DNA of 62,499 nucleotides from Parasitella parasitica NRRL 2501 (Eukaryota; Fungi; Mucoromycota): positions 1 through 62,499 of the forward strand of contig MU619335.1 in the NCBI GenBank assembly GCA_025201805.1, written 5' to 3'. Position numbers and translations under genes: made by a program. The notes beneath the pieces are model-generated. The model was not told the origin of the DNA. It did not search any database and was given only the letters and a program-made list of their open reading frames with translations. Position 1 is the first letter of the stretch, and every line of letters begins with the position of its first letter. Positions 40,793-54,130 of this stretch are shown in pieces.

Positions 40793-40802
40793 AGGGTAGG
40801 GT
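40793..40802 (+). promoter_or_regulatory. Homol E-like ribosomal protein promoter element AGGGTAGGGT
   Basis: Exact match to the fission-yeast Homol E box, ~190 bp upstream of the RPS28 ATG. Confidence 0.5.
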
Positions 40803-40992
40803 AGGCAAGTGAATCAGTTCCGAGCCAAGATTTACTGCAGATGTTACATGAATCTTTGTTGTCAATAAGAGTCCGGCCGTTAATTAAGGGTACATTGTGC
40901 GGTTCGGAAAAACTTGCGAAAACAAAAGATCCATAAAGGATCAACGATTTCAAAAGCGTAACAAACCCTCCCTTTTCTTATCGATAGTAGAC

Positions 40993-41429
40993 ATGGTAAG
41001 CTCATCAAATTCAACAAAATAGACCAACAATGATGTTTTGGGGATATCGATCAGTAAAATCATTGAGATGGATTGAAAAAAAAAAAAAAAAAAAAAAAAA
41101 ACTGAAGGATGAATGGAAAATGTTGCATTTTTTGATGTTTGGATGGAAATGTCAAAACAACTGTTCTCCCTGCAGCATCATTTCAACCAAGGACACAAAG
41201 TATTAACCGATTATGAACTTGATAGGACTCTTCAAAGACCCCCGTCAAGCTCGCTAAAGTCATCAAGGTCCTTGGCCGTACCGGTTCTCGTGGTGGTGTC
41301 ACTCAAGTCCGCGTTGAATTCATGGACGATACCCACCGTTCCATCATTCGTAACGTCAAGGGTCCCGTTCGTGAAAACGACATTCTCTGTCTTTTGGAAT
41401 CTGAACGTGAAGCTCGTCGTCTCCGTTAA
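40993..41429 (+). CDS. RPS28: 40S ribosomal protein S28 (eS28)
   Basis: ATG, intron 40996-41225, then [35 protein letters not shown]...[12 protein letters not shown]; missed by the ORF track. Confidence 0.97.
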
Positions 41430-41674
41430 AAAAAAAAAAAAAAAAAAAGAAGAAAGAAAGGCATGTACACCAAAAACTGAATTTTGCAGCAATCATTTTG
41501 TGGACAATTTTCAATACAAACCCGTTGATTTTCTCTACGATGGACGATAACATATTTACAGTAGAAAGCATTTGACAATAAAACAACATTTTTGTTTTAT
41601 CATGCTTTTTTCTCAAAACTCTGCAACCTCTTTCTATTGTTCACAATGCGATGTTTATTTATTATTATAGGCTG

Positions 41675-43638
41675 TTAATTGCCAGAAGGTGCACCCAGAA
41701 AAGATCTTAATCTCTTTCTTGCCTTATCAGTTTCTGGATGAATGGCTGGATTTTTACGTGGTATCAAGGGAGGTGCAATAATTGGACTTGACTTATTGTT
41801 GGGCCTGTAGAGAGAGTAATTAGTTTTATATTGCTTAGAAAATGTGTTAGGCTGATGCCTTCTTACTCTTCATCGTCATTTAGTATTTCTTGCATTTTAA
41901 GTTGTCTTTTCATCTCTGTAAATGCCCATCGTTCAGCCTGTTGTAGCAAGAAGATCATTATTAGACTCGGCAAACGGTTTCCATTTTATCGGCCCGTACC
42001 TGTAATTTTACTCTTTCTTGTCCTAATTCAATGGCTGCATTTGTAACCTTGCGCTGATCTTGCATTGCTTTTTTCTTTAGCAAACGGTATTTGTGCTTTG
42101 TGCCAGAATTCAGTAGGTCTTCTACCGAATCCTCAGAGCTACCGGTTATACAAATTAGCTAGATTTCACTCAAAATACACTCTGTAAACTTACTCTGATG
42201 TGACATACGCAGCATCTGGTGTGGGATACAGTGTATCAAAAAACCCTCCTTCTGCAAATTTTTTGTATATTTTCGTTTTTCCTTCATACTCCTCTCTTGT
42301 TCGATCAATGGTATCTAATAGTTCTTCAATGCTTTGTTCCAAGTTGAATATATGGTCTAATTTTTCCTTCATATCTTCTTCTGTATACTCTTTGGGCTGC
42401 TCATTTATTTGATACTCCCATTCTTCCTTCAGTCTGGCCAGCAGATCTTCAATTATCTTGAGCGACTCTTTTCCACCAATGTCAATCGGTAAACGGAATC
42501 GTGCTGTCTCATCATAAACGTCTCTTTTCTGCTGCTTTATTTCATCGAATCTATGCATTTCATTTTCTAATAGTCTGCGAATGGTGGTAAATATCTTCAT
42601 GAGTCCTTTTCGTAGCTCCTCGCTTTCTATCCGCAATGTCCTCTCCTTGTTGCTGGATTTTGTTAAAAGATCTGTATACATGGACCGAATCTGAACCACT
42701 TGATCGTTATCTGCCTCGTTGTTTGTTGTAGTTTCAAAGTGTCCATTCATATCTAGATAGGCCACATTCACCTTGGATCGCTGGTTCATACATTTCAACA
42801 GTCGTTCCTGGATTTTTGCTAGTTCTTGCTCGTGCTTATTAGTCTCATGCTACAAATTCCTGTCTGTTAGATAAAAAAACGGATGGTATAATATAGCTTT
42901 CTTTTACTTTACTGAGTATTGTGCCTTCATATAGTGCATGTTGTGCTTCAATTTTGATACTTCTTCTTTCAGTCGAGTTGTTTGCATTGTTTGATTTTTT
43001 AGATTAGTCTCGTTTGCTTCTAATTTTACTCTTGTATCTGTAATATGTTTTTCCTTTAAGGCTAATTCTCTTTTGTATTTTGTCTATAAACGATCAGCAA
43101 ATGTTTTAGTTACAGTCTATTTGATCCGAATTTGTCTCGTTGTACCAATTGATCTTGTAATTCCTGCTTTTCTTTTTGGATTTGGTTGAAAGCTTGGACG
43201 CACTCCTCACGCTCTTTTCCGTCTTTCTGTTTAGCCCACAAAAATATATTAGTATATCAAAGTAGTGGATATGATATCAGTAATACCTTTCGATCATTCA
43301 GTAATGTATATAGGCAATTGACTATGCGACATTTATCTTCTGAATCTGTAGTGTTGAAATCAAGTGGTACTGGATATCCATAACTTGTCAATAATATATT
43401 AATGTAATTTGATGAAGCCGCCAATGAATCTGGTGTGCAAAACCTGTATAGTTTGTTATTTCACGGCTGACTCAAGTGTACTGCTTTCATTTACTTTTCT
43501 GCTTCAGAGTACTGTTCTCCTGGGTGTGTTGGAGACAAGGGATCCTCCAGTGGGCTAAATCATGGTTAATAACTACAGCTTGCTGTGGTAAATTACGGCT
43601 GATGCCAACCTTAAATCAAACAATTGTGCTTCGTCCAT
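41675..43638 (-). CDS. ADIP/SSX2IP/Msd1-like coiled-coil protein
   Basis: FCTPDSLAASSNYINILLTSYGYP...IVNCLYTLL followed by coiled coil and QYS.HETNKHEQELAKIQERL; multi-exon. Confidence 0.7.
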
Positions 43639-44088
43639 TACCAAAACAATTTATTGTATTCATAAAGACTTGTGAAAGCGCGTCTTGTCCCATTCAAATC
43701 AATGAAATTGAGGCCTTCAGCGGTCACGCTATCATGGTTGTCTACATTATGCTGGAAGCTTGAAAGTACAATTCTGATCAACTACGAATCTTAATGACAG
43801 GTGCCCCATGTTTTATTCATGGTAGGCAAAATGATTAACGCTCGAAATACAAATTCTCATTCTCGACTCGTCATCCATCCGCAAAGCACTGACCCCGTAG
43901 ATAGTAACATTATCAAAGCATCCGATAAACAAGTTTACAGCTTCTATTATGCATACAAATTAGACCCTTTCATTCCAGGTATTTGAGGCTTAGAATTGCT
44001 TTATGAATCAATGTCCCTGAAGCAAATGGAAGAAATTTACAATGATTATTCCACAACTGTTTGCTATTATGAAGTATATCGGTACAAC

Positions 44089-44092
<4 letters not shown>

Positions 44093-44161
<69 letters not shown>
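44093..44161. repeat. Long poly(A) tract (~69 nt)
   Basis: Direct observation; downstream of the Mso1-like gene. Confidence 0.85.
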
Positions 44162-44164
<3 letters not shown>

Positions 44165-44285
44165 AGCAAGAATTAGACCAAAACTCGAAAAAAGGGAGTG
44201 AGGTTACAATGATAACTATCCGTGAAATGATAGGAAATTAAGAATGAAAATGGCGGTATGTGGGGACTAGGTGGGAAGGGGCTAG

Positions 44286-45926
44286 TTAAAAGTAGCTAGG
44301 ATCGTTGCCATAGCGACGACTAGCACTTTTAATGAGTGGTTCTTTTCTACTCATCTCTGAGGGACTATGATAACGATAATCGCCAGCAGCTCGATCCCTG
44401 AATTGTGAAGAGGCTCTTCTACTAGTATAGTAATCATCTAATTCTGTTGATCCTTGATCATAGCGATCCGATCTAGGTTCACTTTGGTTTTGTCCTTTTG
44501 TGCTTCTTTCATAGTTCGAGTAGTATCCACTGGGGTCTTCATGATGATATCCTGGTTTACTTGTGCTTTTAGATCTTTGTTGCTGATACTGTTGTTGCTC
44601 TCCTGAGCGAGAAAGAGGGTATAATGGCTTTTGAGTATAGCGATCATCATCATAACGAGGTTGGTCTCGACTACTTCTTGTCTGAGGAGTAGGAGGAGTA
44701 TCACATCTATCCCTGCCTTGGCTATAATGGCCATCACGATCATCATAATGGTTACTTTTGTATCTGTCATTAGAATATCTATCGTCATTTCTAGGTTGGC
44801 TATGACGCTCATAATCTCTATCTTGATGTTGGCTCCTGTGGCTATATCGATCATCCTCATAGTTATCTCTATTATTACTATATCGACCATTGCTGGTGCC
44901 ACGATCCTCATAGTCTTCTCTGTTGTAACGACTTCGATTTTCAGAGCTTAAGGGTGGCATAGGAGGTTGTGCTTGACGCAATTCCTGTCTCTCTCTTTCC
45001 CTGCTAGACATATTTTTTGCATCAGGGTTTTGTTCCCATAATCTTCTTCTCGAGGGTGCTCTCATGGGGCCGTCGGGTTGCTGCTTATACTGCTGCTGCT
45101 GCTGAACAGGCGATATTTCATCATTGCTTCTTCTATCGGAAGAAGATGCTCTTCTTGAAACAGCCAACTTTTCATCAAATAGCCATTCTGGCAAGCGAAG
45201 TCGTTTTCTTTCGTAGTGCTCTCGAAGAATTCTTGACACATGAGTCTCTCCTTCCCAATCGTCCTCGTCAGATTCTGCTTGTAGGATTAGCAAGAGTTTT
45301 ATAGCATAGTATTACAAGCTTTTACCTGGTCCACGATCATCTCGAAGTGGAATTTTATCAGCCATATTTTGTGTAGCCTGGATCAATTTTCCCCATAATT
45401 TTCCGGCTTGTTTAGGTTTGTCATCTAGTAAACAAACCAAAGTTAAATCAGGGCACATGGTAAATCAGGAAAAGTGATTTTCATTACTTTGCTCGCTCAA
45501 CTGCTTCCACTTTTCATTTTGTCGAAACTTTCCCCATAACTTCTTACCAGAAGTTTCATTCTTTTCAGATAAATTAGTAGCAAAGTTGTTAAAATAAACA
45601 GAGTCTTCGTTTTCATCGTCTCGTTTGCTATTCTGGTGTCGAGAGGACCATTTAGAAGTTGGTGTTTCAGTTGATGAAAAGCTAGGGCTTGTTGATGAGG
45701 CCATGGAGGATGATGATTCCGAAGAATTAGTCCTAGCATTCAATTCTAGAGATCCTGGTGATTCCAATCTTTTTTTGCTGTAATATTGAGAAGATAAAAC
45801 AGGCATAGCAGGTCTTTCCACTGGTTGACATTTGTGGCGAGCAGGATATAAACCAACATCATGTCCACAGTCTTTACATAAAACTACTAGGGTTGAAACT
45901 CTGTAATCAACTACTTGAGCACCCAT
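44286..45926 (-). CDS. Mso1-like protein (Sec1-binding motif) with N-terminal CxxC-H-C motif and R/D/Y-rich tail
   Basis: EDDWEGETHVSRILREHYERKRLRLPEWLFD resembles the Mso1 Sec1-binding region; LCKDCGHDVGLYPARHKC at the N-terminus. Confidence 0.65.
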
Positions 45927-46264
45927 TATTTTTTTTATTGATGTAAGGAAAGTGCAAGATATGAAGAACAAGAAGAAGAAAGGAGGTTAATCATGGCCGC
46001 TAAAATATATTAAACTTAATGAAAAGGCACGAGGATCTTCCCATTGTACGACATGGAATAGATTTGAAAAGTAGTACACCAATCCAGGCCCTGGACTTTT
46101 TCTTTTTTTTTTTTTTGTACTTGATATATGTTTAGAACAAGTAAGATATTTATTGCACATTGGTTGTTTTAGACGATTGATTTAAATCGATCTTATAATC
46201 TATTTTCGTTATATTCAGATAATTAAGTGGGACTAATCTCCTTACTCGACCTTTTTTCATTGTA

Positions 46265-46790
46265 CAGTGCCTCCAGTGCCAAATGGCGCCTTTTGAACTT
46301 CTAAATTGGCGCATTTGGCAATCTCAATAAACAAGCAATAATGAGTTCTGGATTTTTCTCAGAAAATGGGCTCGGTGGTGTTTACAACGAAATTGGTAGC
46401 AAAGCTTTGGATTGGGATGAAGGAAGATGACCATCCATACATAAAAAATTTTTTTTCTTGGTTGGGGCAATTTCTGCCAAGGCGTGGTAAACATTGAGAT
46501 CAGAGCGTCTAACCCTGAACCGCAGATAAATAAAGTTGATAAACTTCGTAAAAGAAAATTACAACAGATCACAAAAAAAATTAGAGTCTAATGGCATTGC
46601 CACTGGCCATTACATAATTTTCCTACAGAAGACAATGAACTGTACGGATCAATTTCCAGAGATGAAGGGACTTAACATTGTTATGGACAATATATCAATT
46701 CGTACGGCAATAAAGGATTTTGAAGAGAAGATACAGAAATATCTACCTTCTTCAGTATTCACCTGAGATTGACAATCGATAATCTCTTGG
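46265..46790 (+). pseudogene. Degraded Tc1/mariner transposon remnant
   Basis: TA|CAGTGCC terminus-like motif; GIATGHYIIFLQKTMNCTDQFPEMKGLNIVMDN parallels GTTTAHFIKFINELLDTMD...VMDN at 55846-55945; broken YLP/YSPE. Confidence 0.7.
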
Positions 46791-48003
46791 ATACTCGGCA
46801 ATCACGCCAAAGAAGCCCATCAGGACAAGCCAAAGGAAAATATGCACCCCTTGGATGAGCACAAAGAAATTGATAATTAAACATCGCAACAACTCAATGA
46901 AATTGAGTTTCTGTTTGAATTTAATTTTGAGTATAAGTCTCATATGTTATATGGTCAGCTGTTGCCCCATCTCCCCTCCCGTAATATAGGGAAGATAACA
47001 ACTTGAATTCGGGAAGGCTTCGTACAATATAAATAGACACTTACACAACAATTTTGGAAGCGAGAAGGCTGTATTCATTTTGAACGTCCACAATTAAAAT
47101 AAATATTTACGAAGCAATATAATCCCATATTTTATTGTTGGTAAAACTGGTAGTCATTCGAAGAAAACAATCCAATTCAATGGAAAAGAAAGAATGACCC
47201 ATACACCATATGCAAAATCAATTCATTTGTATAAACTTGCTTGATTGACATTTTACGTATTTAGCATTGAATCTTTTAGGTGACAGCATAAATTTTCCTA
47301 TTACCGAGCTGGCTCTCCCAAAACATATATCGATGATGATAGTGTTATATCAAGTTTACCTCTTAGGTCTCTTATACAAGGTCTCACTCTTTTAGTACTG
47401 GTATTTGAAGTTAATCATGGGTTAGTCCTGATTCACACTCTCCACAGGTTCTAGATAGTAAAGCTCTTTGTTATAGTATAGATTATGTATAAACACATCT
47501 ATAGGATGTAGGTCTGTAATAAAGCTCAGAGGTATTTTCCATTTGACTTTTGACATGACAGACAGATCTTTCCCGGCACTAGGTTTTATAGACCTTAAAA
47601 ATGCATTCACTGTTATTTAAATAGTAGTAAAGTATGAAACTGGGTGAAAAATAAAGCTTTATTTATTAACAGACACTCGGTCATGAAAAGCAGAGGGAAA
47701 ATTTAGTAAAAATATACATTCACCCTCATAAAACTTCTTAGATACCAATGAAAACATCAAAACAATTGCTGTTGTCAGATAGCGGTGTAGAGTCAACGCT
47801 CTGTTTTCCAAGTTGGATGTGGTTTTACGATCATTTAAGTAAAAATTATGAGCAAATATCTGATATTTATGATAAATATTGAAGAAGAAAACTCTTTTTT
47901 GCAGAGAACTTTTGATAGAGACGTCGACCAGTGGAAATCAAGTTATGCTCATCGGATAGCTGTTCTATCCATAGAATACCATGGTTACTATTATTTCAAC
48001 TCA

Positions 48004-48017
48004 GTTGCTATGGCAAC
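48004..48017. promoter_or_regulatory. RFX X-box-like palindrome GTTGCTATGGCAAC
   Basis: Matches the GTNRCYATRGYAAC consensus; intergenic, with no clear target gene. Confidence 0.35.
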
Positions 48018-48532
48018 CGTTCCTGATCGGATCTTAGGTTAAATCTAAGGTTAAGGTTAAAAATCATCGATTATTCTATCAAGTATATAGAAGTAATCAA
48101 TAGAATGTCTTGTACAAGAAACCATCTATTTTTTTTTTTTTACTTTTTTTAAGTTGCGGAACTCATCATTTTGGATTCAAAAAAAAAAAAAAAAAAATAA
48201 TACTCCGCAACGAATAAAAAAAAAAAAAAAAAAGATAGAGGTTATAACAATTAACTGATTAAATATAGAAATAGGTCTTGCAATTAAATATCAAACATGA
48301 TCTGATTGTATTTATTATAGATTGATTCATATTGATATATTCTAATATAAATAGACAGCTTCTTATCAATCAATAAACCAATAATTTTTATATCTGGTGA
48401 ATTAAGTCTTTAAAATCTTTATCAATTACAATCACTTGCTGTGCTCATTTTCAAGACCTGACACAACAAGTAGTACAAAAAGAAAAAAAAATTCGACACA
48501 TCTTTAATTGTTGACAGCATCTCTCCAAGATT

Positions 48533-50585
48533 TCAAGTTGTGCGGAATACGCTTCCAAGTCTTTGGCTTGAAAATACTAACACCTTCTAGTGGATCGTGA
48601 TGTTTGCGATCTTCCATTTCGATGGTATGTCTATAATATCAAAACAATTAGTTTGGATGTAAAGCGTGACAATTTCGTCTACGATTCACTTACGCAATGA
48701 TTTCTTCACGTCCAGAGTCGAGATCAACCTCCAATAAGGGAACCATCTTTGTCTTCAGGATGAATTTGTAGCCAAAGAACAAAACAAGTACAACAGGAAC
48801 ACCGATATAGCACGCTATGATGTCTGGTGCTGATAGCGGCCTAGCCATCCAAGTATCATAACCTTGGCCCACGATGACAAACAAACAGATAGCAAAAGCA
48901 AAAATAGGGCCAACAGGAAATAAACGAGCTTTGAAAGGTAGCTCTGATAAATCTCTGCCTTGAGCAATATAGGCACGACGGAATCTCCAATGAGAAGCAG
49001 CAATTCCGAGCCATGCAATGAAACCAGCGATACCAGAGATGGATAATAACCAGGTATACACAACACCGTTGCCAAAGAGAGATGTCAAGAAAGCAAGCAT
49101 GCCGACAGCGGCAGTCAAGAGAACACAGTAGATAGGGATACCGTTCTTTGTGAGACGAGTAAAGAACTGAGGTGCTTTGCGCTCAAGTGCAAGATCGTAC
49201 AATGTGCGGCTCGATGCATAAAGGCCAGAATTACCAGCCGATAACACAGTAGTCAAGATCACCGCATTCATGAAATGAGCGGCGGCAGACATGCCAGCCT
49301 TTTGGAATACTAGGGTGAACGGAGATACAGAGATATCAGAGACATCACTCTTGAGTAAAAGAGGGTCATCGTAAGGGATGATTAAACCAATGATAAATAT
49401 GGCAAGAATGTAAAATAAGAGAATACGCCAAAATACTTGCTTAATGGCTTTGGGAACGTTTTTGCGAGGATTTTCGCTTTCTCCAGCAGCTACACCGATC
49501 AACTCTGTGCCTTGAAAAGAGAAGCCAGCAGTCAAAAATGTACTCAAAACACCGAGGCCTTGAATTCCACCGTATTTAAATGTTTCAATGCCGTAATAAT
49601 ACCCTCCCAAAACGCCTGTGTCGACAAGAATACCGAGAATGATAAATATGATGACAACCAAGACCTTGATCAAGGCAAACCAATATTCTGCTTCACCATA
49701 CCCTTTGACTGAAAACAAATTGAGAGAAAGGATCAAGGCCAGAAACACAACAGACCAAACAGCACTAGGAAAATTGGGCAGCCAAAATGCCATTACCATG
49801 GACCCTGCGGTCTATTTACAATAAAATTTAAATGTTACACTGTAATTAGTATTTTTCAACAAAGTTTTGATCTGTGCAACCGGATCTGGTCTATTAATAT
49901 TGTACGTTACCAATTCTACTGCCACTGTAACTGCCCAGTTGTACCAATAATTCCAGCCAAGGGCAAAGCCCAATGCTGGATCAATAAATCTACCTGCATA
50001 GTTGTTGAAACTACCAGATATAGGCAAATAAGTGGCCTAAGCATCAGAAGAAAGAAAATGAGAAAAAAAAAAAAAAAAAAACTGAAACCCTTGTTCATTG
50101 TATCTTGATCACCACATACCATTTCGCCAAGACATTCCATCATAAAATATACCATCAAACCAATGAGGGCATAGGCAATGAGTGCACCACCAGGACCAGC
50201 TGAAGCAATGGAAGCTCCCGAAGCCAAGAACAGACCTGTACCGATTGTTCCGCCCAGCGAAATCATTGTCAACTGTTGGCTGATCTGAGTACATTATACG
50301 CAAAGAAAACAGGTATGAAGAGCTTACATGTCTTGCCTTCAAGGCTCTTTTCAAACGAGGCTTCTCTTGGTCGTTCAGCAATGAGCCGGGCTGAGTAGAT
50401 CTAGAATACTGACGAGAAATGTCCTCTCTAAATTCTTCTTGATGCGTTGTCGAGATGTCATTTTTATCGTCCATTTGCTCCAACTCGATTTTACTGGGCG
50501 CATCTGATTTCCTTGTCCGCATGTGCTCATTTGAAATGGACGCAGAAGAGCCTGCATCTTGTGCAGTGCTGCTATTCTTTGACAT
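48533..50585 (-). CDS. Amino-acid permease (APC superfamily, YAT/LysP-like)
   Basis: LKRALKARH..MISLGGTIGTGLFL, GEAEYWFALIK, AGFSFQGTELIGVAAGESENP, SAGNSGLYASSR. Confidence 0.95.
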
Positions 50586-50835
50586 GTTTTAAGAGATTTG
50601 AAAAGAGGAAAAAAAGAAGAATTAAAGTTTTGATTTCCACCCCGTGTGAAAGGTTTTATGGACACAGATTTGTGGGAATCATTTTCATTTTCGTGCTCCT
50701 ACAGTTTTCCATCTTTAATATATGGTGTGTTGAAAAGAGATGAGATTATCTCTACGGAACACAAATGGAAACATGCTCATATAGTAAAGCCCCGCCTGTT
50801 TAAAATAGTAGACTTTTTTTATTTTATTTTATTTT

Positions 50836-51832
50836 TTATTTTTCCATGTCTTGGAATATACGTGCTCTAGCTTCTTCGTAGGCTGTTTTTCTCTCTTCGT
50901 AGGTCATGTTTTTCCTATCCGTTTTTGATGGATCTTCATTTCCTGATGCACGGGATGATGGACTACTTGACCCAGCTGAGCGTCGCATTATCTTGAATTG
51001 CGGGGCCGGATCACTATTTGTGGTGGCATTTGGAGTATTATTGCTCGAACCATCATCCTTGTTATCGTTGGATTCATTTTTATCCAGTTGTACGTCAGGT
51101 AATCGAACAGAAGGTCTGTCAGTAAAAAAAAGTGAGTTTGGCAATGTTTGGTAGTCCAAAGTACCCTACTTACAATTCTGTAATAAACGTTTTGCAAACA
51201 TAAACTGCTTTTCGCATAGAGTCGTGGTAGTGGTTTAATTTATAATAAGGTGCTAATCGATGAACCATGAGTCTTTGGTATGAATTCATACTAGGTAAAT
51301 CAAGCCGAAGTTTTCTATACAGAAACAGTGGTTAGTTTGCCGCTCATCACATCTGCTAGCGCTCTTACTGTTCATCTTTAATAAATGCTTCTAATTCCAA
51401 TTCTAATTTCAACAAAAATAGCCTCTCCTGAGGTTTTCTTAGCAGATCGATAATAAATTCATCAGGCTCCGTTGGCACTACTGGGTCACTAAATTGTTGC
51501 ATTGTTGCCTGGGGCTGATATATCTGAGCTTGAGGCTGTGGTGGTTGATAGGTTTGATATGTTTGCTGGTGGTGGTAATGTATAGATGTATCGTTATTAA
51601 TATTGCTATTCGTCAGCGCAGGGTTATAGTAGTTGTTATTATCAACATTGTTGGGAAAATATGTGTTTGCGTACGAGGGCTGTTGATAAGGTGGTTGCTG
51701 ATAAGGCGGTTGTTGATGTTGTTCAGTATAGAATCTATATTGAGGCTGCTGCTGGGGTTGTTGCTGTTGCGCTGATTGCTGTTGTCTTACCAACAGTCGA
51801 TGTTGCTGTTGTTCTTCTTGGTTATTTGCCAT
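50836..51832 (-). CDS. R3H and SUZ domain RNA-binding protein
   Basis: ERLFLLKLE, PSMNSYQRLMVHRLAPYY (R3H), FKIMRR and YEERKTAYEEARARIF (SUZ); Q/N-rich N-terminus. Confidence 0.88.
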
Positions 51833-52213
51833 TTTCTGTGTATGGATTATCATGTAATTCAAAATAAATAACGTGTTTTCCAGTATCTACAAATTAATAT
51901 TTTCATGTAATTTACTTTCGATATCCCAGATTTTTATCCAATAAGTTTTTTACAGCTTGTTTGAATATATTCTTGTCAGGTAAAAGAGTAATATAAAAAG
52001 AAGGACCTATTTAGAACAGTGCCATGTTATTGTAGTTGAAAAAAGTCATCACAAGCCACTATCTACAGGTAGTAGATGCATGCAGATGTCTCAAGCTACC
52101 ACCACGCCTTTCAGCGGACATTCGGATCCTACAGCATAAAATGCGTTTCACTTGCATTCCATTTGATTCCCTTCTTTGTTTTCGTAATACACATATTGTT
52201 ATACACAAAAACA

Positions 52214-53269
52214 ATGGAAGAACAAGACAAATGTATCCAAAGATGGGTTCCTCTTGAATCGAACCCAGAGGTAATTGATGGATCTTGAACGCGAAAAAGT
52301 CATGTCTAATCATTGCTATTTGAAATAGGTGTGGAATGAGGTAGGAAGGCAGCATATTGAGTGGCGATGCGGTTGGTTTGACCATATAGTATCACACAGA
52401 TTATTCACAAGGCTGGTGTTGATGAAAAATATAATTATAAGGATGTCTTGGGTAAACTAGCTACAGAACTAGCAAAATAAAAATAAAAAAAAAAAGCATG
52501 CTTATTGATTAAATGCATAGGTTTTGACCCTGAATTGTTGGCCTTGTTGCCTCCCGATGTAGAAGCCATCATCTTTTTATTTCCCATTACCGAAGCGTAC
52601 GAGAAATTCAAAGAAGAGGAGGAAGCTCATTTAACCCAAAAGGAGCAAAATATTAGCCCTGAAGTTATCTTTTTCAAACAAACCATTGCCAACGCATGTG
52701 GTATGATTGCCCTGTTACATTCTGTCGCAAGCAACAACGAAGAGATTGTCGGCAAGTAGTTTTCTTTCTCTATTTGTGTACCCGGACTTACGTCTTTCTT
52801 GTGCATTCCCAACAGGCCCTGGATTGTTTAATGATATCATTGAAAAAGCTGAACCGATGTCTGCTGATGAGCGTGCCGAGCTTCTGGAAAATTCCAAAGA
52901 GTTGGCTGAATTGCACGCATCTGGCGCTACAGAGGGCCAAACAGCGGTTAGTTAATTACCTAAAAAAAAAATGAAGATTAATAAGTTGTGTGCAGGCTCC
53001 TTGTGCGGATGATTCTATTGATCTTCACTTTATTTGCTTTATCGAAGTAGGTAAGCATCTCTATGAACTAGATGGAAGAAAGGCATTTCCTATCAACCAT
53101 GGAAAGTGCACAAATCTCGTCGAGGTAAGTTTTCTCGTGAGTCGCTGCGGAATATGCGTCTCATTCTCTCCAAAATCAGAGTGCTGTTAAGGTTATAAAA
53201 CAGTATATGGCAAGGGATCCCGAGGAGGAAAATTTCAGCGCCATTGCGCTTTGCAAAACTGAGGACTAA
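52214..53269 (+). CDS. YUH1: Ubiquitin C-terminal hydrolase (peptidase C12)
   Basis: [25 protein letters not shown] (catalytic Cys), [20 protein letters not shown]. Confidence 0.93.
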
Positions 53270-53602
53270 AGTCCATAAATCACATCATTGTAAATAAAAG
53301 CCGATCTTTGTTTAAAAGGCTACTGTGCATATGTCTTGAAATGGTCAGGTACGGTACTATCCAAGAGGAAAAGCGCCAGGTTTTTGCGTGTAACAAAGCA
53401 ATTGCTTGCTTAATCCGCCATTGGATTACCATGCTGAAAATTTATGAAGAAAGAATCAAGCACAAATTAATTTAATGGAAAGAGCTGGGATGTATCTTTA
53501 GAAAGATGTAATATGGGATGGGGAGAGTTCTTCTGTCTATAATGTAGTTTAAATTGATCAGGTATAAAATATGTATAGTGTAATGCAATGTTTTGTTTTT
53601 GT

Positions 53603-54130
53603 TTAGATGCTGTGCACTAAGCTTTCAGCGTATCTTTCTTGGCGATTAGTCTGAACATCAATAGCTTTACCAGTAATCCAGAGAAAAGTAGTGACACCAA
53701 CGCCGACATAGAAAAGAGTGCCAGTCTGTAAAATCTCGGGGGAAGCAAAGCTAGAAGATTTTTTCTTCTTGGTCGAAGCAGTTGAAGTAGCGGCAGCAGC
53801 AACAGCAGCAGAAACTGAGCTCTGACCATGCTTTGAGTCAGATGCAACGGTTGCAGTTTCAGGCGAAGCTCCAGTAGATGAGCTTGCTGAGCCATGTCCA
53901 TGACTATTAGATGCAGTGGCATCATCATCAGCACGGCGGATCAAGTAATTATTGGTCAGCTTATCGTGAATACTTTCACTGTCCATCTAAATATACAAAA
54001 GATTGAATGAGTGTTAGTCGTTACTTGTATTAGAAAAAAAAGATTAAGTTTTTACAATTATAGAAGCAAGAGCAAGATTGAAACCGGCAACGAGAAGAAT
54101 TAAAAATGTGGTAGAAGTAGTGAAACGCAT
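53603..54130 (-). CDS. Small signal-peptide, Ser/Thr/Ala-rich single-pass membrane protein
   Basis: MRFTTSTTFLILLVAGFNLALASII, one intron, TM GTLFYVGVGVTTFLWIT. Confidence 0.7.

Noticed and set aside
41028-41106. Possible C/D snoRNA in the RPS28 intron (ATGATG...CTGA)
   Set aside because: Imperfect C box, an A-run where the guide should be, and no terminal stem or recognisable rRNA complement.
47050-47650. Short minus-strand ORF fragments; similar unassignable fragments at 58850-59100
   Set aside because: Interrupted by stops with no recognisable motif.
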